Below, piece by piece: positions 37,740 to 48,637 of a stretch of DNA of 64,000 bases. Both the position numbers and the translations under genes were made by a program. The notes under the pieces were generated by a model. It saw only the letters and a list, made by a program, of their open reading frames with translations, had not been told where the DNA came from and did no database searches. Source of the DNA: an uncultured Planctomycetales bacterium (GTDB lineage: Bacteria; Omnitrophota; Gorgyraeia; Zapsychrales; Fredricksoniimonadaceae); contig CAZXSE010000001.1 in the NCBI GenBank assembly GCA_964643325.1, positions 84,780-148,779 of the forward strand, written 5' to 3'. Positions within the stretch are counted from its first letter, which is position 1. Each line of letters begins with the position of its first letter.

Positions 37740-37982
37740 TTACAAACCAAACTCGGCACGGACCAGGCGCTCCGCCTCGAACCAGTCGGCAAAGTCATTG
37801 CCGTGCTGCCCGCCGCGCTTGACATAAAGCTCATGCGCCTTGAACGCCACGCGGCCGTAGAACTCGTCCGGATGCATGGTCTTTTTCGCCGCCCTTGCCG
37901 GCTGCGTCCCGAAAGACGATGCCTGAACGACATCCTTTTTGGGCGCTGATGTTGTTTTTGCTGCACGATTTAATTTTGCCAT
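37740..37982 (-). CDS. Small (80 aa) basic DUF2934-like protein
   Basis: Perfect SD: GAAGGAGGGGTATC-ATG. The C-terminal motif AFKAHELYVKRGGQHGNDFADWFEAERLV matches the DUF2934 pattern (ERAYxLxxxRG...DxxDWxxAE). The longer ORF-track form overlaps the glgP 3' end and is rejected. Confidence 0.6.
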   Translation of the reverse strand: MAKLNRAAKTTSAPKKDVVQASSFGTQPARAAKKTMHPDEFYGRVAFKAHELYVKRGGQHGNDFADWFEAERLVRAEFGL

Positions 37983-38016
37983 GATACCCCTCCTTCTTTG
38001 CTGCATGATCGCAGCG

Positions 38017-40455
38017 TTATACTTTCCAGATGTCCCGGGCGTATTCCCGGATGGTCCGGTCGCTCGAGAACGGGCCCGCCTTGGCCACGTTGATGATCGA
38101 GGCGCGCGTCCACGCATCCCTGTCCTGATACAACGTTGAAACATCCGCCTGCGCGCGGCAATAATCCTCGAAATCCGCGCACAACATGAAAAAGTCGCCG
38201 CCATAGATCGTATTGAGCAGAGGATCAAAGAGCCCCGGCTGTCCGGGCGAAAAGAAATCATTCTCCATGAGCCGGAAGATCTCGCGCAGCTCGGGCGACT
38301 TCTTGATGAAATCGCGCGGCTTATATCCCTGCGCGCGCATGGTCAGGACCTGGTCGGCTTTCAATCCGAAAATGAAAATATCTTTCCCGCCGAGGCTCTG
38401 GGCCATCTCGATATTGGCGCCGTCATAGGTCCCGATGGTCAGCGCGCCGTTGAGCATGAACTTCATATTGCCCGTGCCGGAAGCTTCCATGCCGGCGGTC
38501 GAGATCTGCTCGGAAAGGTCCGCCGCGGGAATGATCTTCTCGGCAAGCGACACGCGGTAGTTCTCCATGAACAACAGCCGCAGTTTGTCGCGCACGGCGC
38601 GGTCCTGGTTGAGGACATTGCCCACGCTGGTCAGGAACTTAATAACGAGCTTGGCCAGATGATACCCGGGCGCTGCCTTGCCGCCGATGATGAAGGTGCG
38701 CGGCTGGATGAAAGCCCGCGGATCGTTCTTCACCCTAAGATACTGGGACATGATGTACAGCCCGAACAGGAACTGGCGCTTGTACTCGTGCAGGCGCTTG
38801 ACCTGAACGTCAAAGAGCGAATCACGATTGACCACAATATCCGTGGTCTTAAGGATGTGCTCCGCCAGCGCGTTCTTGTTGGCCTGCTTGACCGCGCGCC
38901 AGCGGTCCATGAATTCTTTATTATCCTTGTGCGCCATCAGCTTCTCAAGCTCGCTGAGTTCCGTCACCCACTTATCGCCGATCGTCGCAGTGATAAGCTC
39001 GGAAAGTTTCGGATTGGCCTTGAGCAGCCAGCGCCGCGGCGTGATGCCGTTGGTCTTGTTGTTAAAGCGCTCCGGCCACATCTCATAAAAGTCGCGGAAC
39101 AGCTGCGACGTCAGAAGTTCGGAATGCAGGGCGGAAACACCGTTGATCGAAAAGCTCCCGATGATAGCGATATGCGCCATGCGCACCCTCTTGGGATCGC
39201 CCTCCTGGATGATGGACATGCGGCCCAGGCGCGCGCTGTCCCCGGGGAATTTCTTCGCGACCTCCTCGAGGAACCTGCTGTTCAGTTCAAAAGCGATCTC
39301 CAGATGCCGCGGCAGGACCTTACCCATCAGCTCGACCGTCCAGCACTCCAGCGCTTCCGGCATGATGGTGTGGTTCGTGTAGGCAAAGGTCTGGCGCGTC
39401 ACATCCCAGGCCTCGTTCCAGTCAAAACCCTCCTGGTCGATCAACACCCGCATCAGCTCCAGCACCGCCAGCGTCGGATGCGTATCGTTAAGCTGAATGC
39501 AAACTTTCTCGTGCAGCCGGTGCATGTCATTCTTGTCAGCCCGGTGGCGGCGGATGATATCAGCAATGGAGGCCGATGTGAAGAAGTGTTCCTGCTTAAG
39601 CCTGAGCTCCTTGCCCTGGCTCACATTGTCATTGGGATAAAGGACCTTCGAAATGCTCTCGGAAAAGATCTTCTGCTGGACCGCGTGCTCATAGTCCCCG
39701 TGATTAAAGTAATCAAAATCAAATTCGTCGTTCGCGCGCGCCGACCAAAGCCGCAGCGTATTGACCACATCGTTCTTGTAGCCGGGGATCGGAACATCGT
39801 AAGGCATGGCAACGACCGTCTCGGCGCCGACCCAGCGCGCACCGAACTGCGCCGACGGATCGATGTGGCCGTAAAAATTCACCTTGACCTGATATTCAGC
39901 GCGCGGGATCTCCCAGGGATTGCCGTTACGCATCCACTCGTCGGGTAATTCGACCTGCCAGCCATCCTTGATCTTCTGATTGAAAATACCGTAGTCATAA
40001 CGGATCCCGTAGCCGTGCGCGGGAATGCCGAGGGTGGCCATGGAATCCAGAAAACACGCGGCCAGACGCCCCAAGCCGCCGTTGCCAAGGCCCGCGTCAA
40101 GCTCCTGCTCGCGGATCTCTTCAAGATTAATGTCAAGTTCACGCATGGCAACCGCGACATCCTTCTCGGTCCCCAGGTTGAACATATAATTCCCGAGCAA
40201 CCGTCCGATCAGGAATTCCATGGACAGATAATAAACACGGCGTTTGCCCTGCTGATGGTACGCGGTCTGGGTCTTCATCCAGCGGCCCACGATGCGATGC
40301 CGTACGGCAAGCGCCAGAGCATGAAAATTGTCAAGGGATGTGGCCGTTTGGGCGTTCTTGGCCAAAGAAAACGTGCGGATGTCCTGAAAAGATGCCTGGA
40401 TCTCTTCTTTCCCCAGGTCCTTGTTCGTACCCTGCGTATCAGTTGGTTTGAACAT
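38017..40455 (-). CDS. glgP: Glycogen/maltodextrin phosphorylase
   Basis: It has the PLP-Lys motif EASGTGNMKFMLNGALTIGTYDGANIE. I prefer the start at MFKPTD (GGGGAG lies 5 nt upstream) over ATG 40491. Confidence 0.93.
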   Translation of the reverse strand: MFKPTDTQGTNKDLGKEEIQASFQDIRTFSLAKNAQTATSLDNFHALALAVRHRIVGRWMKTQTAYHQQGKRRVYYLSMEFLIGRLLGNYMFNLGTEKDVAVAMRELDINLEEIREQELDAGLGNGGLGRLAACFLDSMATLGIPAHGYGIRYDYGIFNQKIKDGWQVELPDEWMRNGNPWEIPRAEYQVKVNFYGHIDPSAQFGARWVGAETVVAMPYDVPIPGYKNDVVNTLRLWSARANDEFDFDYFNHGDYEHAVQQKIFSESISKVLYPNDNVSQGKELRLKQEHFFTSASIADIIRRHRADKNDMHRLHEKVCIQLNDTHPTLAVLELMRVLIDQEGFDWNEAWDVTRQTFAYTNHTIMPEALECWTVELMGKVLPRHLEIAFELNSRFLEEVAKKFPGDSARLGRMSIIQEGDPKRVRMAHIAIIGSFSINGVSALHSELLTSQLFRDFYEMWPERFNNKTNGITPRRWLLKANPKLSELITATIGDKWVTELSELEKLMAHKDNKEFMDRWRAVKQANKNALAEHILKTTDIVVNRDSLFDVQVKRLHEYKRQFLFGLYIMSQYLRVKNDPRAFIQPRTFIIGGKAAPGYHLAKLVIKFLTSVGNVLNQDRAVRDKLRLLFMENYRVSLAEKIIPAADLSEQISTAGMEASGTGNMKFMLNGALTIGTYDGANIEMAQSLGGKDIFIFGLKADQVLTMRAQGYKPRDFIKKSPELREIFRLMENDFFSPGQPGLFDPLLNTIYGGDFFMLCADFEDYCRAQADVSTLYQDRDAWTRASIINVAKAGPFSSDRTIREYARDIWKV

Positions 40456-40523
40456 ACGGCTCCCCTGAACTGATTTCGAGTGATAAAGCATTGATCAAAA
40501 ACAAGTTACATCTTTGAGTTAGA

Positions 40524-40551
40524 ATTATACGCAAAGACGTCCCTGCGTCAA
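40524..40551 (-). promoter_or_regulatory. Sigma70-like promoter for the glgP operon
   Basis: The minus strand reads TTGACG (40551..40546), a 16-nt spacer, then TATAAT (40529..40524). Confidence 0.5.
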
Positions 40552-40572
40552 TCAAAATTACCCGTCCGCCCC

Positions 40573-42225
40573 TTATTTAAATACCGCGCCGGTCGAGGCC
40601 GATGTTACAAGCCGGGCGTAACGGCCCAGATAGCCTGTCTTTTCTTTAGGCGGCATAAGGGTTTGCGTCTTTCTACGCTGAGCGATCTCCGCTTCGCTCA
40701 GTTTTACATTAACCGACTTCCCGGGAATATTGATCTCGATCTGGTCGCCATCATTAATATAGGCGATCAAGCCCCCAGCCGCGGCTTCCGGAGAAATATG
40801 GCCGATACAAGGCCCGCGCGTACCCCCTGAAAAGCGCCCATCTGTAATGAGCGCAACGTGTTTGTTCAAGCCCATGCCCACAATGGCCGATGTGGGTGAA
40901 AGCATCTCGCGCATGCCCGGCCCGCCTGCCGGACCTTCATAACGGATGACCACCACATCACCTTTCACGATCTTGCCGCCCAAAATAGCTGCCATGGCAT
41001 CTTCTTCGGAATTGAACACGCGCGCAGCGCCTGTAAAACACAGCATGTCCGTTTCCACCGCAGCCTGCTTCACGATGGCGCCTTCCACGGCGAGATTGCC
41101 GTAAAGCACCGCGATGCCGCCCTCCTTGTGTTCAGGGGTGTCCGGCGATTTGATGACCTCGGGGTCATAATACTTAACACTGCTCATGATCTCATGGGTG
41201 CTGCGGCCGCTAACCGTGATAACATCCTGGATCCTGTTGCCAAGCATGCGCATGACCGCAGGAATACCGCCCGCATGATGCAGGTCTTCCATATACCACT
41301 TGCCCGCAGGGTTCATGCTGCACAAATGCGGGGTTTCCTTGCTGATCCGGTCAAAGTCCTTCAGGCCGAGCGGCACGCCCGCCTCATGGGCAATAGCCAT
41401 CAGGTGAAGCACCGTATTGGAAGAACCGCCGAGCGCCATGTCCGCGCGGATGGCATTCTCAATGGACTTCATGGTCACAAGATCGCGCGGCTTGATGTCC
41501 TTCTTGGCCAGATCCACAATGCGCTGGCCGCTCTCATAAGCAATGCGCTGTTTTCCCGCCGCGACCGCCATCATCGTGGCGCACAAAGGCAGCGACAGCC
41601 CCATGGCTTCGCACAGGCACGCCATGGTATTGGCCGTGTACATGCCCTGGCACGAACCGCACCCCGGGCACGCTTCCACTTCGAGCGCCTTGAGATCTTC
41701 CGCCGTGACCTCGCCTCTCTTGAGCTTTCCGACGGATTCAAATGTATCCGAGATCAGATTCAGTCGCCGCCCGGCGTGCCGGCCCGCCATCATCGGCCCC
41801 GCGGTCACGACCACCGACGGAACATTCAGCCGCAACGCGCCCATCAGCATGCCGGGCGTGATCTTGTCGCAATTGGTCAGCAGGATAAGCCCGTCGAACG
41901 CATTCGCGCCCGCCACGGACTCAACAACATCCGCGATCAGTTCGCGCGACGGCAGGGAATAGCCCATGCCCTTGTGCCCCATGGCGATCCCGTCGCAAAG
42001 GCCGGGCACGCCGAAAATAAAAGGCGTTCCGCCGGCGTTCTCGATGCCGCGCTCGATATAACGCTCGAGCGTCCTCATGCCCGTATGCCCGGGGATCGCA
42101 TCCGTGAACGACGAGGCAATGCCGATAAAGGGCCGGTCCATGTGGGAGGCGTGAAGCCCTGTCCCGTACAGCAGCGCCCGGTTGGGCATCCTCTCCTGGC
42201 CTTTTTTAATTCTGTCTGAACGCAT
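40573..42225 (-). CDS. ilvD: Dihydroxy-acid dehydratase
   Basis: 550 aa of the IlvD/Edd family, with Fe-S cluster Cys residues in CDGIAMGH and NCDKITPG. Confidence 0.95.
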   Translation of the reverse strand: MRSDRIKKGQERMPNRALLYGTGLHASHMDRPFIGIASSFTDAIPGHTGMRTLERYIERGIENAGGTPFIFGVPGLCDGIAMGHKGMGYSLPSRELIADVVESVAGANAFDGLILLTNCDKITPGMLMGALRLNVPSVVVTAGPMMAGRHAGRRLNLISDTFESVGKLKRGEVTAEDLKALEVEACPGCGSCQGMYTANTMACLCEAMGLSLPLCATMMAVAAGKQRIAYESGQRIVDLAKKDIKPRDLVTMKSIENAIRADMALGGSSNTVLHLMAIAHEAGVPLGLKDFDRISKETPHLCSMNPAGKWYMEDLHHAGGIPAVMRMLGNRIQDVITVSGRSTHEIMSSVKYYDPEVIKSPDTPEHKEGGIAVLYGNLAVEGAIVKQAAVETDMLCFTGAARVFNSEEDAMAAILGGKIVKGDVVVIRYEGPAGGPGMREMLSPTSAIVGMGLNKHVALITDGRFSGGTRGPCIGHISPEAAAGGLIAYINDGDQIEINIPGKSVNVKLSEAEIAQRRKTQTLMPPKEKTGYLGRYARLVTSASTGAVFK

Positions 42226-42228
42226 CGC

Positions 42229-42741
42229 TCACCTTCCTTTGCCCGTAGTGGTTGTGCCGGCGGACTTTTTCGCCGTTGATTTCTTTGTTGTTATTTTCTT
42301 CCCTTTCTTCAGGGATTTCTTCGTTGATGCCTTCTTGCGCGCTTTTTCCAGGCGCGCCTTGATCGTCTTGATCTGCTCGGGTGTATAGATCTCGCGCAGT
42401 TTGAACACCACATCCACGCGATTGTCCAGCAGCTGCCCCTGCAAGAGCTTGATCTCGGCGGCAACCGCGTCAACCTTGGCGCGGTCCATTGCCTCGGCGT
42501 CAAGCCCCTGGCGCAGGGCCTCGTTCTTCGCGTTCAGGTCGCGCCGGATCACCTGCTGGCGCGCCTTAAAATCATCCCGGACCGTCCTGAGCTTTGCTTT
42601 CTGCTCGGCTGTCAGCCCCAACCCCTCTTCAAGGCTGGCCTGGACCGACTCGATCGCGGCCGTCTTCTCGGCTGCTGCTGCGTTGCCAGCCGCTATCCCC
42701 ACGGCTACTGCCACCATCATGATCCATCGTAACACCTTCAT
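42229..42741 (-). CDS. Periplasmic LTXXQ-motif (Spy/CpxP/ZraP-like) protein with a Lys-rich tail
   Basis: It has the signal peptide MKVLRWIMMVAVAVGIAAGNAAA, the motif LTAEQKAKL and a second YTPEQIKTI. The C-terminal 40 aa is Lys/Thr/Ser-rich (KARKKASTKKSLKKGKKITTKKSTAKK). Confidence 0.65.
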   Translation of the reverse strand: MKVLRWIMMVAVAVGIAAGNAAAAEKTAAIESVQASLEEGLGLTAEQKAKLRTVRDDFKARQQVIRRDLNAKNEALRQGLDAEAMDRAKVDAVAAEIKLLQGQLLDNRVDVVFKLREIYTPEQIKTIKARLEKARKKASTKKSLKKGKKITTKKSTAKKSAGTTTTGKGR

Positions 42742-42773
42742 AAATTCCTCCATTCTAAAGAACCACTCCGTCC

Positions 42774-43790
42774 TTATCTCCAAAAAATAACGATCGCGTA
42801 CACCGCGTAAAAAACCCCGCCCAGCATCATGACCCATGGCGCTATCCTGCGATGCGCGGTCACGGTATAAAGAACGATCCCCGCCGAAACAAGCGCCAGG
42901 ACCGCCGAGACCAGCGCCATGCCCTCGACCTTCCAGGGCGTGAACAACAGCCCCACGCTCACCGGGAATGTGGACTGAAAGACCATGGCCCCTGACATAT
43001 TTCCGACGGCCAACGCGTCTTTTCCCTTGAGCGTCCAGGTCACGCTGTTGAATTTTTCGGGCAATTCAGTGGCGATGGGCGCGACCAGCAGCGCGAACAA
43101 AAGCGGGCTCATGCCGCATGCGATAGAGACCACCGCAAGGTTCTTCACAAAAATATGCGCGCCCGTGATCATGAGCGTCAACGCCAGCGCGACCTGCGCC
43201 CACGCCCAGAATACATGCGCTTCGTCTTCCCGGACCCAGCCCCAGCGCGCCGGAAGCCTGAGCAGATGCAGGCCTTCAAAATGCTCCATGGCCGCGCTTT
43301 CACCGGCAATGGTCCTGAACACATAAAAAATATACCCGGCGAACAGCACGAATGCGAGCGGCTTTGCCACCACATGCCCAAAAATGATCGGCAGAAAGAC
43401 CGCCGCTGAATACAACACCAGAAAAAATGTCAGATCGCGCTTGAGGGTCTTATGTTCCGCACGAACCTCACAGCTTCGTCCGCCCCGGCGGCACGCGACG
43501 ACCGCGCTCGCGCCTACGAGAAAGAACCCGATGGTCGAAAGCATGAACGGCGCGCCCAGGATGGCGCCCACGCCGATCTCTTTGGATGATGCGCCCGTGT
43601 GCGCAAAAATAGCCACCATGGGCAGGATCGTTTCCGGCAAGGCGGTCCCCACCGCGGCCAGGATGCTGCCCACGACCGCCTGGGAAAAAGACATCCGGCG
43701 CCCGACCATTTCAATGCCATTGGTGAATCCCTCGGCAGCCAAAAGGATCATGCCCAGACTAATGATCAAAAAAACAACAGCTTCCAGCAC
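42774..43790 (-). CDS. Ca2+/cation antiporter (CaCA, YrbG-like) membrane protein
   Basis: 338 aa and about 10 TM helices. The two alpha-repeat regions carry GTALPE and ATELPE motifs. Confidence 0.75.
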   Translation of the reverse strand: MLEAVVFLIISLGMILLAAEGFTNGIEMVGRRMSFSQAVVGSILAAVGTALPETILPMVAIFAHTGASSKEIGVGAILGAPFMLSTIGFFLVGASAVVACRRGGRSCEVRAEHKTLKRDLTFFLVLYSAAVFLPIIFGHVVAKPLAFVLFAGYIFYVFRTIAGESAAMEHFEGLHLLRLPARWGWVREDEAHVFWAWAQVALALTLMITGAHIFVKNLAVVSIACGMSPLLFALLVAPIATELPEKFNSVTWTLKGKDALAVGNMSGAMVFQSTFPVSVGLLFTPWKVEGMALVSAVLALVSAGIVLYTVTAHRRIAPWVMMLGGVFYAVYAIVIFWR

Positions 43791-43806
43791 GGCGCTCCCT
43801 TTCTGT

Positions 43807-45104
43807 TCACGCGGCCAGCGACACCGCGGCCTCGCCTACCTTACGACGGCGCAATTTCCTGACAACAACAACCAGCCCTTCGGCCTTGAGCGTTTCACCG
43901 CCCTCAAAAACGCCCTCCTTGTGCCGGGCACACCAGTCCGTGAACCGCATGCCATCCTCAGCCTCAGGCGCCAGCCGACGGCCAGCCACCTTAGCCAGCG
44001 CCCCCATGGTCGCCCCGCCGCCCACGATCCAGCCGCCTGCGTATTCATGGATATGCGAAGGAAATCTGTCAAATTCATCTTCGATGTCGCCTACCAGTTC
44101 TTCGATGATATCTTCCTGCGTCAGCATGCCCACCATGCTCTTGTCCTTCGCAGCCACCAGCATGATATGGAGATTGCCCTGGATCATGGTCTCCAGCGCT
44201 GACGAGATCGAAGCATCCCACTCCACCGTTCTGATCGGACGGACGATCCCTTTGACCGTCGGGTCCGCGGGATTAAGCTTGAGCGCGGCCATGATGTCCT
44301 TGAAATTGATATATCCCAGGATCGTCTGGCGATCGTTCTCGGCGGCGCAAACCGGAAAGCGTGTGTGCATGTCCATGTGCGCGCGGATCAGCGCCTCGGA
44401 CAATGTTGCCGTAACAGCGATCATGCACATATCAGAGACCGGGATCATGATCTCGCGCACCTTGCGCGTGGCGAACTGCGCAGCCGAGACCACGATCTTT
44501 TCCTCGCGCGCGCCGATCAGCCGGGATGTGCGCGCCATAGCCGCGGCGGCCTGAAGTTCGTGCAAATGAGCGTTCTCCTCGCCCAGGCCTCCCACTTTGA
44601 ACAACCGGGCGATCACCCATTTCACGATCGCCTCAAAAGAATGCACGAGAGGCCCCGCCACCCAGAAAAGCCCTTTCATGAACGGCGAAAGCGCCAGGCA
44701 CACGCGCTCGCGCGCATTGAGCGCGATCATCTTGGGCACCAGTTCAGCAAAAACGATCGTTAAAGCGCTTAAAGGAATGACAAGAAAGACAATGGAAACG
44801 ATGCTGGCCAGCGTCGGGCCAAAACCAAAATGCGCCATAAGATACGGCGTGCACAGGTCCGCGACGCTTAAGCCCCCCGTTGCCGCCGCGATCGCGCCAA
44901 AAAGCGTGATCCCCATCTGGATCACGGCCAGGCTCGCCTCGATGTGATGCTTCATGAACGCGGCGTCAGCTGCGCCCTTGACCTTGCGGCCCTCAAGCAC
45001 ATGCAGCCGGGCGCGCGAGACCGATGCCAGCGCCATTTCATACGCGGCAAAGATACCGTTAAAGACCAGCATCACAAAGATCACGATCAGGGCGAACACC
45101 ATGG

Positions 45105-45108
<4 letters not shown>
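43807..45108 (-). CDS. CNNM/TlyC-family transporter (DUF21 + CBS pair + CorC_HlyC)
   Basis: An N-terminal 4-TM DUF21 domain ([15 protein letters not shown]) is followed by a CBS pair and a C-terminal transporter-associated domain. It has an ATGA overlap with the glnS stop. Confidence 0.8.
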
Positions 45109-46829
<1,721 letters not shown>

Positions 46830-46872
46830 GCACAGTCCTTCCCCATAAAAAAAGTATAATTTAGATTAGACT

Positions 46873-46900
46873 ATTATAGGAATTCGCGAGGAAATAGCAA
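46873..46900 (-). promoter_or_regulatory. Sigma70-like promoter for glnS
   Basis: The minus strand reads TTGCTA (46900..46895), a 16-nt spacer, then TATAAT (46878..46873), in an AT-rich 89-nt gap. Confidence 0.4.
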
Positions 46901-46918
46901 AGAAAAACGGGGATGCTC

Positions 46919-47293
46919 TTAAAACAACTCCGCAACGGCGGCGCCAAGCTTGAAAGCAATGAACCCGGCCACCAGGCTGATCATGATATTGCCGAACGCA
47001 TGCAGGAATTGCTGGGCCTTTAACAATTGCGATGTTTCCAGGATCAAAGAAGAGAATGTCGTGAATGCGGCGCAGAACCCTGCGATCAAAAGCATGCGGT
47101 GGTTGGGGTTGAGCAGAAATTTCTTATCAAGAATAACATCCAGGAAACCAATAGCGCAGCACCCGGCAACATTGACCGCGATCGTTCCCCATGGGAAAGC
47201 TGTCCCCAGCCGCTGGGATACTGCGGCGGCCAAAGCATACCTGGCAACCGTGCCCACACCTCCACCTGCGATCAACAGGATCCATTTCCCCAT
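46919..47293 (-). CDS. crcB: Fluoride ion channel CrcB/FluC
   Basis: 124 aa, 4 TM helices, CrcB motifs (GGGVGTVARY, FCAAFTTFSS). Confidence 0.85.
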   Translation of the reverse strand: MGKWILLIAGGGVGTVARYALAAAVSQRLGTAFPWGTIAVNVAGCCAIGFLDVILDKKFLLNPNHRMLLIAGFCAAFTTFSSLILETSQLLKAQQFLHAFGNIMISLVAGFIAFKLGAAVAELF

Positions 47294-47321
47294 ATCAAAC
47301 CTTTCCCGATAAGAATAAGAA

Positions 47322-48623
47322 CTACAAGATGTCTATGTTCTTTGACTTTGTCCCTTTATAAACATTGCGCGCGTCGAAGATCAATTGCGCATGGCGGGCG
47401 ATCAGCGCGTAATTCACGCGTGTATGGTCCACTGCAATGATGACCGCGTCATACTTCCTGATGTTCGCCGGCGTGACCGGCGCGGAATCCATCTTAAGCC
47501 CCTCGATGTTTAGATACGGCACAAAAGGATCCGTATAATCCGCCCCCTTGCACTGACCCTTCAATAATTCCAGAAGACGCAGCGGCGGTGACTTACGCAG
47601 ATCTTTGACATCCTTCTTATACGTCACGCCAATGACGAGGATGCGGGCTTGGGAAAGTTTCTTTTTCCTGGCCTTAAGCAGTGCTTCAACGCGGCTGATG
47701 GCATACGCCGGCATATTATGGTTCAGATCCGCGGCCAAACGGATGAACTTGGAACTGAACCCGTATTTTTTAGCTTTCCAGTAAAGATACAGCGGGTCCT
47801 CGGGGATACAATGCCCGCCCACGCCAAGCCCGGGATAGAACGGCATGAACCCGAACGGTTTTGTTTTGGCCGCGTCGATCACTTCCCAAATATTGATGCC
47901 GAATTTCTGGCACATGATGGCAGCTTCATTGATCCAGCCGATGTTCACGATACGGAACGTGTTCTCGATGAGCTTGGTCATCTCCGCGGCCTTGGGCGAT
48001 GAGACCGGATGAATGATCTTGATGATCTTGCCGTAAAGCGCGACGGTCAGCTGCGTGCACTTCGGCGTCAGGCCGCCGACGACCTTGGGAATGGCCGTAA
48101 CCTTATATTGCTTATTACCCGGGTCAATGCGTTCGGGTGAGAATGCCAGATGAAAATCCCTGCCCGCCCTGAAACCATTCTTTTCCAGGATGGGCTGGAT
48201 CAATTCTTCCGTTGTGCCCGGATAGGTGGTGCTTTCCAGGACGACGAGCGCCCCCTTGTGCATATGCCGCGCCACGCTCGCGCAAGCGCTCGTCATGAAC
48301 GAGACGTCCGGCGTATAGCGCTTCTTGATGGGCGTTGGTACGCACAGGATGATGGCATCCGCATCCCTGATGGCCGAAAAATCCATGGTCGCCATGAACT
48401 TCTTGCGGCGCGTAACGGCCATGATCTCGCTGTCTTTCACGTCGAGGATATAACTTTTACCCTTGTTCAGTTTATCGATCCGGTGCGCGGCCACATCGAC
48501 GCCGACGACCTTGTATCCTTTTTGCGCGAACGCCACTGCCAGCGGCAAGCCTACATAACCCAAGCCGACAACAGCCACTGTTGCCGTGCATGAAGAGATC
48601 TTTTTAGCGAGTGCTCTGCTCAT
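47322..48623 (-). CDS. UDP-N-acetyl-hexosamine (UDP-ManNAc/GlcNAc) 6-dehydrogenase family enzyme
   Basis: It has the Rossmann fold VAVVGLGYVGLPLAVAFA and the catalytic Cys in GVGGHCIPEDP. I place the start at MSRALAKK. Confidence 0.85.
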   Translation of the reverse strand: MSRALAKKISSCTATVAVVGLGYVGLPLAVAFAQKGYKVVGVDVAAHRIDKLNKGKSYILDVKDSEIMAVTRRKKFMATMDFSAIRDADAIILCVPTPIKKRYTPDVSFMTSACASVARHMHKGALVVLESTTYPGTTEELIQPILEKNGFRAGRDFHLAFSPERIDPGNKQYKVTAIPKVVGGLTPKCTQLTVALYGKIIKIIHPVSSPKAAEMTKLIENTFRIVNIGWINEAAIMCQKFGINIWEVIDAAKTKPFGFMPFYPGLGVGGHCIPEDPLYLYWKAKKYGFSSKFIRLAADLNHNMPAYAISRVEALLKARKKKLSQARILVIGVTYKKDVKDLRKSPPLRLLELLKGQCKGADYTDPFVPYLNIEGLKMDSAPVTPANIRKYDAVIIAVDHTRVNYALIARHAQLIFDARNVYKGTKSKNIDIL

Positions 48624-48637
48624 GATGACCTTTCCCG

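Noticed and set aside
37740-38261. The 173-aa ORF-track version of the small gene, which extends upstream to 38261.
   Set aside because: Its first 93 codons overlap the glgP 3' end in another frame and are R/S/C-rich. A perfect SD precedes the internal ATG at 37982.
46830-46918. A possible intrinsic terminator after crcB and a second -10 (TATACT) for glnS.
   Set aside because: No convincing GC stem precedes the TTTTT run after the crcB stop. The TATACT hexamer has no acceptable -35 at a 16-18 nt spacing, whereas TTGCTA-N16-TATAAT does.
47294-47321. An expected fluoride riboswitch upstream of crcB.
   Set aside because: Only 28 nt separate crcB from the preceding stop codon. Neither that spacer nor the adjacent 3' coding sequence shows the conserved riboswitch core, so crcB appears simply co-transcribed.
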